Origin: Candidatus Saccharimonadota bacterium
GTDB lineage: Bacteria > Pseudomonadota > Gammaproteobacteria > Enterobacterales > Enterobacteriaceae
Direction of reading: 5' to 3'
DNA: 32,000 bases
NCBI GenBank assembly: GCA_049942765.1
Contig: CP188086.1
Location: 60,001-92,000, forward strand
Positions 9,638 through 18,564 of the stretch are shown here, one piece after another (position 1 is the stretch's first letter; each line of letters opens with the position of its first letter). The notes under the pieces are model-generated. The model did not search any database. It had not been told where the DNA came from and saw only the letters and a list, made by a program, of their open reading frames with translations. Both the position numbers and the translations under genes were made by a program.

Positions 9638-10720
9638 GTGGAAAAAATCGAAGTACTATTAGACAAACGAAGTTATCCTATCATTATAGGATCTTCTGTA
9701 TTTGAAGATGATTCTATCTTTTGTCCTTTAGAACCAGGCAATCAAGCTATGTTAGTTACTAATAAGACTTTAGCCAATTTATGGAAAGATCAGTTGTTGT
9801 ATGAACTGAGAAAATTTGGTATAAAAGTTGATCAAGTAATTTTATCTGATGGTGAACAATATAAAACGTTTAATGAAACGGAAGTGATAATTTCAGCTTT
9901 ATTAGATAAGAAACATAGTCGTGATACGACATTAATTGCATTAGGTGGTGGAGTTATAGGCGATATCACTGGTTTTGCTGCTTCTATTTATCAACGAGGA
10001 GTTAAATTTATTCAAATTCCAACTACTTTATTATCTCAAGTAGATGCAGCTATCGGTGGAAAAACAGGAGTTAATCATATTTTAGGAAAAAATATGATAG
10101 GAACTTTTTGGCAACCCTCATCCGTGATTATTAATTTAAATTATTTAAGTACTTTATCGTCAGTTGAGTTAATTTCTGGATTAGCTGAAGTAATTAAATA
10201 TGCGATTATATTTGATGCTAATTTTTTTTCTTGGATAGAGGATAATTTGCATTCGTTGTTAATGTTAAAAGAAGAAGAAACTACATATTGTATTAAGCGT
10301 TGTTGTGAAATTAAAGCACAAATTATTGCTTTAGATGAAAGAGAATCTAATTTTCGAGCTATTTTAAATTTAGGTCATACGTATGGTCATGCTATTGAAT
10401 CTCATTCAGGTTATGGTAATTGGTTACATGGAGAAGCAGTATCTGTAGGTATTGTTATGGCGGCTAGAACTTCTGAACTGTTAGGTTATTTGAATGCTGT
10501 AGAGACAAAACGTATTATTAATTTATTAGTTCGTGCAGGTTTACCAACCAAAGGTCCTAAAAATATGACTCCGTCATCATATTTGCCATATATTATGAGA
10601 GATAAAAAGGTTATTTCAGGCACAGTGCGATTAATTTTACCTATTACTATTGGCGCGGCTAAAATACAAATGGGTGTAGATAAAAATATAATTTTTTCAG
10701 CAATTAAAGAATGTCAATGA
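9638..10720 (+). CDS. aroB: 3-dehydroquinate synthase (GTG start)
   Basis: 360 aa, collinear with E. coli AroB. Conserved blocks: RSYPI, LPDGEQYK-like SDGEQYK, GGGVIGDITGFAA, IQIPTTLLSQVDA, GKNMIG, NLGHTYGHAIE, WLHGEAV. Confidence 0.96.
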   Translation: MEKIEVLLDKRSYPIIIGSSVFEDDSIFCPLEPGNQAMLVTNKTLANLWKDQLLYELRKFGIKVDQVILSDGEQYKTFNETEVIISALLDKKHSRDTTLIALGGGVIGDITGFAASIYQRGVKFIQIPTTLLSQVDAAIGGKTGVNHILGKNMIGTFWQPSSVIINLNYLSTLSSVELISGLAEVIKYAIIFDANFFSWIEDNLHSLLMLKEEETTYCIKRCCEIKAQIIALDERESNFRAILNLGHTYGHAIESHSGYGNWLHGEAVSVGIVMAARTSELLGYLNAVETKRIINLLVRAGLPTKGPKNMTPSSYLPYIMRDKKVISGTVRLILPITIGAAKIQMGVDKNIIFSAIKECQ

Positions 10721-11263
10721 GTTAATGGAATATATTTTTTTGATATTTCTTACATATATATTGTTATTTTTTATATTATAAAATGTAAATAATTTTACAC
10801 AAAAAATATCAAATTTCATTTTTATTGTTATCATATATAAGATAGATAATATTTTTATGAATATTAGTTAATTAATAAATTATATTATTAAAAATAATTG
10901 TGTATTGTTAATTTTTCAAAAATATTTATTTAAAATTAATGATGTTATTATTTATATTTCGATATACACATTGTTTAATTAAATAATTAATAGTATTAAT
11001 GAAGTTTAAAATAACTGATATTTAGTTTTTTTTGTAGTGTTTTTTATTTTTTGATTAATATTTTTATATGTACATAATAAGATGTTTATTTATATGTATA
11101 TATTTTATAAGATATGCAATATATGTAAAAATTTACTTTTTTATAATAATTTTATTCTTATTTAATTTAAAATAATGGAATGCAATTTTTTTATGTAATC
11201 ACTGTTTATAGTGGTTACATAAAAAATACAATGTTTTGATGTAGAATATTATTAGGAAAAACA

Positions 11264-11950
11264 ATGGATCAATTTTTGTTGGCACCATCAATTTTATCGG
11301 CTGATTTTGCTAGGTTAGGAGAGGATGTTTCTAAAGCATTAATGGCTGGTGGGGATATTATTCATTTTGATGTAATGGATGGACATTATGTTAATAACTT
11401 AACTGTTGGTCCTATGGTATTAAGATCTCTTCGTAAGTTTAAGATAAAAGCACCAATAGATGTACATCTTATGACTAAACCGGTAGATATTTTTATACCT
11501 TTATTTGCTAATGCAGGTGCTACTTTTATTACATTTCATCCAGAAGCTACAGATAATGTATTTAATACATTGGATTTGATTAAAAAATATGGTTGTAAAG
11601 CAGGGTTAAGTTTAAATCCATCTACTTCACTGCATTATTTGGATTATATATTAGATAAATTGGATATAATTGTTGTAATGTCAGTCAATCCTGGTTTTAG
11701 TAATCAGAATTTTATTTATTCAATGTTAAATAAAATTCGTCGTATACGTAATATAATTAATGAAAGTCAATTAGATATTTTATTAGAAGTGGATGGAGGT
11801 ATTAAATTAAGCAATGTTGTTGATATAGCATCTGCAGGTGCTAATGTATTTGTATTAGGATCAGTGCTATTTGATAGTATTGATTATAATTTCGTTTTAA
11901 AACAAATGCGTTTAAAAATAGAAACTGTGTATAATAGTTTATTACATTAA
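11264..11950 (+). CDS. rpe: ribulose-phosphate 3-epimerase
   Basis: 228 aa ORF. Conserved blocks: APSILSADFARLGEDV, HFDVMDGHYV.NLT.GP, MSVNPGF, EVDGG. Confidence 0.95.
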   Translation: MDQFLLAPSILSADFARLGEDVSKALMAGGDIIHFDVMDGHYVNNLTVGPMVLRSLRKFKIKAPIDVHLMTKPVDIFIPLFANAGATFITFHPEATDNVFNTLDLIKKYGCKAGLSLNPSTSLHYLDYILDKLDIIVVMSVNPGFSNQNFIYSMLNKIRRIRNIINESQLDILLEVDGGIKLSNVVDIASAGANVFVLGSVLFDSIDYNFVLKQMRLKIETVYNSLLH

Positions 11951-12081
11951 TATCATATATATATTATTTTTTAAGTATGTGTATCATTAATGTGATGTAT
12001 AATTTTAAATGGTATACTATAGATTAACATTTTTTATATTGTAACTGATGTATGATGGTTTTTTATTAAATGGAATAAACC

Positions 12082-13098
12082 ATGAATAAGGTGAAAAAAG
12101 TATTGTTTAGTGCAATTCAACCATCTGGAATGTTAACTATAGGGAATTATATTGGAGTTTTAAATAATTTATCATATTTACAACAAGAATATGATTGTTT
12201 GTTTTGCGTTGCGGATTTACATGCGCTTACTGTTAGGCAAAATCCTGTTATTTTTAAAAATTATATTTTTGATGTAATTGCATTATATTTAGCTTGTGGT
12301 GTAGATCCAAAAAAATCGATTATTTTTATACAATCAGATATTTTTGAACATACTCAATTATATTGGATATTAAATTGTTTTAGTTATGTTGGAGAATTAT
12401 CTAGAATGACGCAATTTAAAGAAAAATCTTCTAAATATTCCAAAAATATTAATTCAGGGTTATTAACCTATCCAATTTTAATGGCATCTGATGTATTATT
12501 GTATAATACTAACTTGATATTAGTAGGTGAAGACCAAAAACAACATTTAGAATTTATTAAAAATTTAGTGATTCGATTTAATTCATTATATGGTATGGTA
12601 TTCGAATTACCTAAGTCATTAATTTTAACTCCAGGTATAAAAATTATGGCTTTGTTAGATCCTTCAAAAAAAATGTCTAAATCTGATAGTAATGTTAATA
12701 ATACAATTTATTTATTAGAAAATATTGATTCTGTTATGAAAAAAATAAAACAAGCTAAAACAGATTCTGATAACCCTCCTTCAATTGTTTATGATACCAA
12801 TAATAAATTAGGTATATCAAATTTATTGAATATATTTTCTCATATGTCTGGTCAATCTATTGCAGATTTAGAAATATTATATAGTAATAAATTATATAGT
12901 AATTTTAAACATGATGTAGCTATATCTGTATCTGAAAAATTATTATTAATACAAAGAAATTATGATTATATAAGAAAAAATGAAGATTATTTACAATCAA
13001 TTATGTATTCTGGAGCTAAAAAAGCTAAATTAAGAGCTGGAAAAATATTAAGTAAAGTATATTCATCTATAGGTTTACCGGTTAAATGTTTTATTTAA
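12082..13098 (+). CDS. trpS: tryptophan--tRNA ligase
   Basis: 338 aa class I aaRS. It has the FSAIQPSG.LTIGNYIG HIGH-like region, VGEDQKQHLE and the KMSKS motif. Confidence 0.95.
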   Translation: MNKVKKVLFSAIQPSGMLTIGNYIGVLNNLSYLQQEYDCLFCVADLHALTVRQNPVIFKNYIFDVIALYLACGVDPKKSIIFIQSDIFEHTQLYWILNCFSYVGELSRMTQFKEKSSKYSKNINSGLLTYPILMASDVLLYNTNLILVGEDQKQHLEFIKNLVIRFNSLYGMVFELPKSLILTPGIKIMALLDPSKKMSKSDSNVNNTIYLLENIDSVMKKIKQAKTDSDNPPSIVYDTNNKLGISNLLNIFSHMSGQSIADLEILYSNKLYSNFKHDVAISVSEKLLLIQRNYDYIRKNEDYLQSIMYSGAKKAKLRAGKILSKVYSSIGLPVKCFI

Positions 13099-13119
13099 TT
13101 GTATTTTTATTTAACCGGT
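13077..13119. terminator. hairpin spanning the trpS stop codon between convergent trpS and tsgA
   Basis: Perfect 11-bp inverted repeat ACCGGTTAAAT (13077-13087) / ATTTAACCGGT (13109-13119). There is no immediately adjacent T-run, so terminator function is uncertain. Confidence 0.35.
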
Positions 13120-13189
13120 AGTTAAGAATTGTTTTGTATTAGAGTTTTTATTTTTTATATATTAGAAATATAAATATTATGTTATATAT

Positions 13190-14371
13190 TTAAATATTTT
13201 TTTTATGTTCTGTGAAAAAGTGTAAGAGAATGGATAGGGTAAATACGATAGTATATAGTATATTTGATGTTAATAATGCTTCATATATTCCTTTTTTCTC
13301 TACTATAAAACTAGAAATTATAAATGTTAATAAAGTACCTAATGTTCCAGATATTAAGATTAAGTTAATGATACAAGGCGATGGTTTATATGTCTGTAGT
13401 GATGCTAAAGTAATAATAATTGTATATATAGCACTAGAAAAAAAACCTAATAAAAAAATTAACCATCTAAACTCTTGTAAATTGTTTCCGTGTAAGAATA
13501 AGTACATAAGTACAGTTGATATACTTGTAAGTATTAATAGTAGTTTGTGAATATCAAACATTTTTAATATAAAACTAAATATCCACATTCCAATCATATA
13601 TGCCATCCAAAAATTACTAATTAATTGACTAGATTGGTAAATGTCTGAATGTATTTTTTGTATTATGTATTCTGGAACCCAAGCAATAAATTCTAACTGT
13701 CCTAAAATATAACAAGTAGCTGATATAGATAGTAATAAAATACTTATTTTAACATTATTATTTAGTGAGGATTTTTTCTGTTTATGATGTAGTGTATATA
13801 TTGTTGGAAAAACTGTATTTATTGAAATAAGACATATTACAAAATAAATTATACTGATAAAAATATATATCCAATACCATGGTTTATTATGTATAATTAT
13901 TAGACTACTTATTAAAGGTAATGAGATACCAGCTAAACTAAAGAAAGAATCTGTAATAAGCAGTAGAGAAGCTCTTATTGTCCCTTGATATAAGAAAGTA
14001 ATTAGTGTAGTACCAATAGACATTATAACCCCACTAACTATTCCAAAAATAAACATACTTATTGAAAAAAAAATTAAGTTATATCCAAAGATTAATCCTA
14101 GGATAGCTATTATTATTAATATAAATCCTAAATATATTTGATGTTTTAATATTATGTATTGTCGTATATAAGTACTTAATAATAGAGCAATTAAAATACC
14201 AAAGTTTAAGCAAGTAAAACTATGACTAATTTCAATAAGTGAAACTTTGAAATTTTCTGCAATGTTATTCATAACAATGCCAGTTACAATAATTAATGAC
14301 CCTGTGATAAAATATGAAAAAAAACTAATTATAGTCAATTTTATTTGATTTTGATTGAACATTATTTTCAA
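13190..14371 (-). CDS. tsgA: MFS transporter TsgA
   Basis: 393 aa, same length as E. coli TsgA and collinear with it. Shared segments: IKLT.ISF.SY..TG.LIIVTG.VM.NIA, LLITDSFFS.AG, CYILGQL.FI.WVPEY, SNFWM.YM.GMW.FSFIL, LGFFSSAIYT.IITL. Confidence 0.9.
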   Translation of the reverse strand: MKIMFNQNQIKLTIISFFSYFITGSLIIVTGIVMNNIAENFKVSLIEISHSFTCLNFGILIALLLSTYIRQYIILKHQIYLGFILIIIAILGLIFGYNLIFFSISMFIFGIVSGVIMSIGTTLITFLYQGTIRASLLLITDSFFSLAGISLPLISSLIIIHNKPWYWIYIFISIIYFVICLISINTVFPTIYTLHHKQKKSSLNNNVKISILLLSISATCYILGQLEFIAWVPEYIIQKIHSDIYQSSQLISNFWMAYMIGMWIFSFILKMFDIHKLLLILTSISTVLMYLFLHGNNLQEFRWLIFLLGFFSSAIYTIIITLASLQTYKPSPCIINLILISGTLGTLLTFIISSFIVEKKGIYEALLTSNILYTIVFTLSILLHFFTEHKKNI

Positions 14372-14983
14372 TCCTATAATATTATTAAAATTAATATTTT
14401 AAATACTATATATGAATATTATTTCAGTAATAAGTATTTATTTGATTAAATAAATAATTTTAGTTGAGTGTATTAACAAAGTTGAATATTTATAATACAA
14501 AAAATGTTTTTATATATAAAATAAATGAAATTAATGAAGAATTAACTGTATTGTAGATAATAATTTGTACTTTTAAATTAATCTATTTAGTAATTACTTA
14601 TAATTTAAATTATTAAAAATATTAAATATTGTATTGAACTTGATTAGTTTGTTTTATATGACAAATACAGGATGTATGTAAATGGAATAATATTGTAGTT
14701 GATTGAAAAATGTTTAATGATCTGATATTACTAGTGTATACGTCATATAAGTTATTTTTAGTATAAGATAAAGATAGTCGATTATTTAATCAAATATAGA
14801 AGGAATACATTGAGTTTGATAGTGGAATTGTTTTATCTGTATTATTATAATGTAGTATAAAATCTAGAGATCTGTAAATAAACATGTTAATAAGTGATAG
14901 AATATTAATTATTTATTTGTAACAATAATATTGTTACGATTAATTAAAAAATTAATTTCAGTTAGTTTTTATAATATATTTTT

Positions 14984-15586
14984 ATGTTGATTCTAGGGTT
15001 GAAGTTAACTTGAAGTTTTGAACATAGCTTTTTATGATGTAAAGTAAAATTAAAATTATTTTTTTATTCTCTTTTTAGATGGTTATTTCTATTTTTTTTT
15101 TATAAACAGAGTAAATATTTTGATGGTTTTGGTTCCAAACTGTAAAAATATATTACATATTTTATTCAATAATTTATTTTTTTAAAATTTATTGTAGTTA
15201 ATGAGAGATCTGCTGTAGTAGAATTAATTAAAGGTGAAGTTAAAGTGAAATTGGTTAATACGGATTTTATTTTGTACTAAAGTTTTTATGTAATAAATGT
15301 AATATATGATTAATTATTGATGAAGTATACATGGAATATGGAGAATTAGAAAATTATTGTCATATGAGTTATATGGTATATAACTTAATATTTTTACTTT
15401 TTTGAAAAGGATTAGTAGTATTTTTATGTTGTATCTACGTTAGTTAATAAAAACGTTTTTAGTGTTATAGATTTTGGAATACATGGGAGTATTTTTATCG
15501 GGAATTTATTAGCATGTTTTATAGCTGAAATTATTATGAATATAGTTATTAATATTAAATTTTTATTTAGAATAAAAAATATTTAA
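14984..15586 (+). pseudogene. fkpA: FKBP-type peptidyl-prolyl isomerase FkpA pseudogene; 5' boundary uncertain
   Basis: LGLKL (14993-15007) matches FkpA LGIKL. In the same frame 74 codons later, across four in-frame stops, VVELIKGE (15215-15238) matches VVEAGKGE. After a frame change, LIIDEVYMEYGELE (from 15310) matches LIDGKEFDNSYTRGEPL. IGNLLACFIAEII (15497-15535) matches IPPNSTLVFDVELL. Position upstream of tusD matches E. coli synteny. Confidence 0.6.
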
Positions 15587-15614
15587 TATTTAAGATAGAG
15601 ATTGAAAAAAAAAT

Positions 15615-15793
15615 AAAATTCATAAAGAATTCAGTGTATTTAATAACATTACAGAAAAATCATTATTAATTGGTATGGTAGTAAAGGATCTATATACATT
15701 TAAAATTTTTGATGTAATTAATATAGTTTTAGAGAAAGCGTTAATTGATTAAAAATTAGTATGAATATTGTTTTTTCTGTATTTTACTTATGA
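15615..15793 (+). pseudogene. yheO: probable C-terminal fragment of the yheO (regulator upstream of tusD) pseudogene
   Basis: KEFSVFNNITEKSLLIGMVVKDLYTFKIFDVINIVLEKALID* resembles my recollection of E. coli YheO ...LEFTIEE...IVLNLYEKGIFDIKDAINQVADRL. After a frameshift, ISMNIVFSVFYL (15755-15790) matches ISKHTVYLYIRQ. The syntenic position between fkpA and tusD fits. The N-terminal two thirds are missing. Confidence 0.4.
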
Positions 15794-16333
15794 TTAAAAA
15801 TGTAATATTTATGAAAAGGTATAAGTAAATTATGTAATTTTTTAAAAAAAAAACACATTGTTAATGGTGTATTGTTAGATGAATTAATTAAATATACATA
15901 TAAATTATTAATTAAATTTTTATTTATATTCAGTTGGATTTTAAATATAACAATTAGTATTGTATGTAGTATGTGTTTTGTATATTTATATTTTAGTATA
16001 CTTATATATTTAGAATATAATATTAAAAGTATTGTATAATTTAATTTTTAGATTTGTTCATAAGTAATAATGAATTTTATTATTGTGATGTTTTTTTATA
16101 GATTATAAACATTAAATAGGATTTATTGTTTTTAATTTTATTTTTAGTTGAACTAATTTTTTTATTTTTATAAATGTTATTATGTAGTTATTTTATTTAT
16201 GTATTTATTTATTTTAGTATTATAAATGAATTCAGGTATTTATTTTTATGTTTTATGATCTAAGTAATTTTGTAGATCTTTAATGATTAATTTTTATGAT
16301 AAATAAAATTAATTGTTAAGTATTGGTGATATA

Positions 16334-16720
16334 ATGAAATATACAATAATGGTAATGAAATCTCCCTATAGTCATGAAAAGCCACGTACTGCTATTTTAT
16401 TTACCCATGCTTTATTAGAATTAGGTCATGTTATAGATATGATATTTTTTTATAGCGATGGAGTATTACATGCTAATACCATGTTAACTATAGAAAATGA
16501 TGAATTTAATGTATCTTATGAATGGCAAAAGTTAAGCATGCAGTTTGGATTTTCTTTGCATATTTGTTCTAATTCTGCAAATAAAAGAGGATTAATAGAA
16601 TTAAATAAAGCTAAGGAATTAGGTTTTGGAAAAAGTAATATTAATACTTATTTTAAGTTATCTGGATTATTAGAATTAGTAAATTCTATACAAAACTCTG
16701 ATCGTATTGTACAATTTTAA
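16334..16720 (+). CDS. tusD: sulfurtransferase TusD (DsrE family)
   Basis: From ATG 16334 the ORF is 128 aa, as in E. coli TusD. The Cys in HICSNSA aligns with NICVAAA, and the C-terminal DRIVQF matches DRVVQF. Confidence 0.9.
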   Translation: MKYTIMVMKSPYSHEKPRTAILFTHALLELGHVIDMIFFYSDGVLHANTMLTIENDEFNVSYEWQKLSMQFGFSLHICSNSANKRGLIELNKAKELGFGKSNINTYFKLSGLLELVNSIQNSDRIVQF

Positions 16721-16744
16721 TATTTTTATTAGTTTGAAATTATT

Positions 16745-17104
16745 ATGAAATCTATAGCATTTGTTTTTTCACAAGCTCCTTATGGTGATAATAGAGGAGA
16801 TGAAGGAGTAGATTTAGTTATATCAACATCTTTAGTGATGAGTAATATTGGAATATTTTTTATTGGAGATGGAGTTTTTCAGTTAGTATTGAATCAACAT
16901 CCGAAAAAAATTTTGTTTCGTGACTATTTATCTTCTTTATTACTATTATCTGAATATGAAATAAAAACTATTTATTGTTGTATTAAATCTTTAGAAGATA
17001 GAGGTTTATCAATAAAAGATAAATTTTTATTACAATTACAATTTTTGAATATAAGTGATATTAAGAGTTGTATTGGTATTTATGATGTTATCATACATGT
17101 ATAA
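16745..17104 (+). CDS. tusC: sulfurtransferase TusC (DsrF family)
   Basis: 119 aa, same length as E. coli TusC. MKSIAFVFSQAPYG...FFIGDGVFQL aligns with MKRIAFVFSTAPHG...FFIADGVFQL. Confidence 0.9.
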   Translation: MKSIAFVFSQAPYGDNRGDEGVDLVISTSLVMSNIGIFFIGDGVFQLVLNQHPKKILFRDYLSSLLLLSEYEIKTIYCCIKSLEDRGLSIKDKFLLQLQFLNISDIKSCIGIYDVIIHV

Positions 17105-17118
17105 GGTTTATAAAAACA

Positions 17119-17406
17119 ATGTTACATATATTAATGAGTTCTCCTTATATAAGTAATATAAGATTATTGTGTAGTATGTTAAGTATCAATGATACAATGT
17201 TAGTAGTAGAGAACGGTGTATTAATTGCTGTTAAGCATAGTTTATTTTTAGATCAAATACGAAATACTCCGGTATCTTGGTATGTTTTAAATGCAGATAT
17301 TATTGCTCGTGGATTAAGTGAATTAATATCAACTCAATTTTCTATAATTGATTATAAATTTTTTGTTCATTTAACTGAGAAATATAGTAAGCATATGTTG
17401 TGGTAA
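17119..17406 (+). CDS. tusB: sulfurtransferase TusB (DsrH family)
   Basis: 95 aa, same length as E. coli TusB. Shared features: MLH.L..SP, ENGV, Y.LN.D..ARGL, IDY..FV.LT. Confidence 0.88.
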   Translation: MLHILMSSPYISNIRLLCSMLSINDTMLVVENGVLIAVKHSLFLDQIRNTPVSWYVLNADIIARGLSELISTQFSIIDYKFFVHLTEKYSKHMLW

Positions 17407-17560
17407 TATATATATTATAATTTTTAATTTTGATTAATATTTTTTTTTAAAATGATTAATGATCACTATCATAGTGATAAATAAGTTATTTGTGTTTTTA
17501 AATTAATAACTTTATCTGGATTTTAAGGATTAAAGTATCCGTATAATATTGGGAATAATA

Positions 17561-17935
17561 ATGGCTACAGTTAATCAATTAGTTAGAAAACCTCGTATAA
17601 GAAAGATAATAAAAAGCAATGTTCCTGCATTAACAGGATCTCCACAAAAAAGAGGTGTATGTACTCGAGTATACACGACGACTCCAAAAAAACCTAATTC
17701 CGCTTTACGTAAAGTATGTCGCGTACGTTTAACTAATGGTTTTGAAGTGACTGCATACATAGGTGGTGAAGGACACAATTTACAAGAACATTCAGTGATA
17801 TTAATACGTGGAGGGAGAGTAAAAGATTTACCTGGTGTTCGATATCATGTTGTTCGTGGTGCTTTAGATTGTGCAGGTGTAAAAGAAAGACAAAGTAGTA
17901 GATCAAAGTATGGAGTAAAAAAAATTAAGAAATAA
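17561..17935 (+). CDS. rpsL: 30S ribosomal protein S12
   Basis: From ATG 17561 the ORF is 124 aa and reads [12 protein letters not shown]...[42 protein letters not shown], near-identical to E. coli S12. The ORF-track TTG start at 17549 is an artefact. Confidence 0.98.
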   Translation: MATVNQLVRKPRIRKIIKSNVPALTGSPQKRGVCTRVYTTTPKKPNSALRKVCRVRLTNGFEVTAYIGGEGHNLQEHSVILIRGGRVKDLPGVRYHVVRGALDCAGVKERQSSRSKYGVKKIKK

Positions 17936-18024
17936 TAATTTTATTATATAACTTAAATAATAATTTTCAAAAAAATAATTTTATAAATATATATATTAGA
18001 TAATATTATAAGGAATAATTAGGT

Positions 18025-18495
18025 ATGCCGAGACGTCGTGTTATTGGACATAGAAAAATTTTACCTGATCCAAAATTTTCTTCTGAATTGTTAGCTAAAT
18101 TTATAAATATATTAATGGTAGATGGAAAGAAATCTATTGCTGAAGTAATTGTATATACTGCATTGGGTATTTTATCTAGTAAAACTAGAAAAACAGAACT
18201 TATAAGTTTTGATTTAGCATTAGAAAATGTTAAGCCAACAGTTGAAGTAAAGTCAAGACGTGTTGGTGGATCGACTTATCAAGTTCCAGTAGAAGTGCGT
18301 CCTATTCGACGGAATACTTTAGCAATGAGATGGATTATTGATTCAGCTAGGAAAAGAAATGATAAATCTATGTCATTACGTTTATCTAATGAATTATTAG
18401 AAGCATTAGATAATAAAGGAAATGCAGTACGTAAAAAGGAAGAAGTACACCGTATGGCTGAAGCTAATAAAGCTTTTGCACATTATCGTTGGTAG
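18025..18495 (+). CDS. rpsG: 30S ribosomal protein S7
   Basis: 156 aa [40 protein letters not shown]...AHYRW. Confidence 0.98.
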   Translation: MPRRRVIGHRKILPDPKFSSELLAKFINILMVDGKKSIAEVIVYTALGILSSKTRKTELISFDLALENVKPTVEVKSRRVGGSTYQVPVEVRPIRRNTLAMRWIIDSARKRNDKSMSLRLSNELLEALDNKGNAVRKKEEVHRMAEANKAFAHYRW

Positions 18496-18564
18496 TAGTA
18501 TAAATGTATTTTATTAGAATAAAGTAAACATGGTATCAACATCATCATATATTATAGGAATATA

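Noticed and set aside
13212-13550. 112-aa plus-strand ORF
   Set aside because: It is a shadow ORF antisense to the well-conserved tsgA.
14919-14937. 19-bp perfect palindrome GTAACAATA-A-TATTGTTAC
   Set aside because: With roughly 85-90 percent AT in the spacers, about one such 9-bp-arm palindrome is expected by chance in this window (rough estimate). It also lies in pseudogene debris with no adjacent functional gene start.
14790-15760. Initial reading of this region as crp and ppiA relics (ERSA, GNL..., IT..., FMLILGLKL)
   Set aside because: The spacing between the putative matches was inconsistent with crp and ppiA. The same segments fit fkpA (LGIKL, VVEAGKGE, IPPNSTLVFDVELL) and yheO much better, in collinear order and in the syntenic position.
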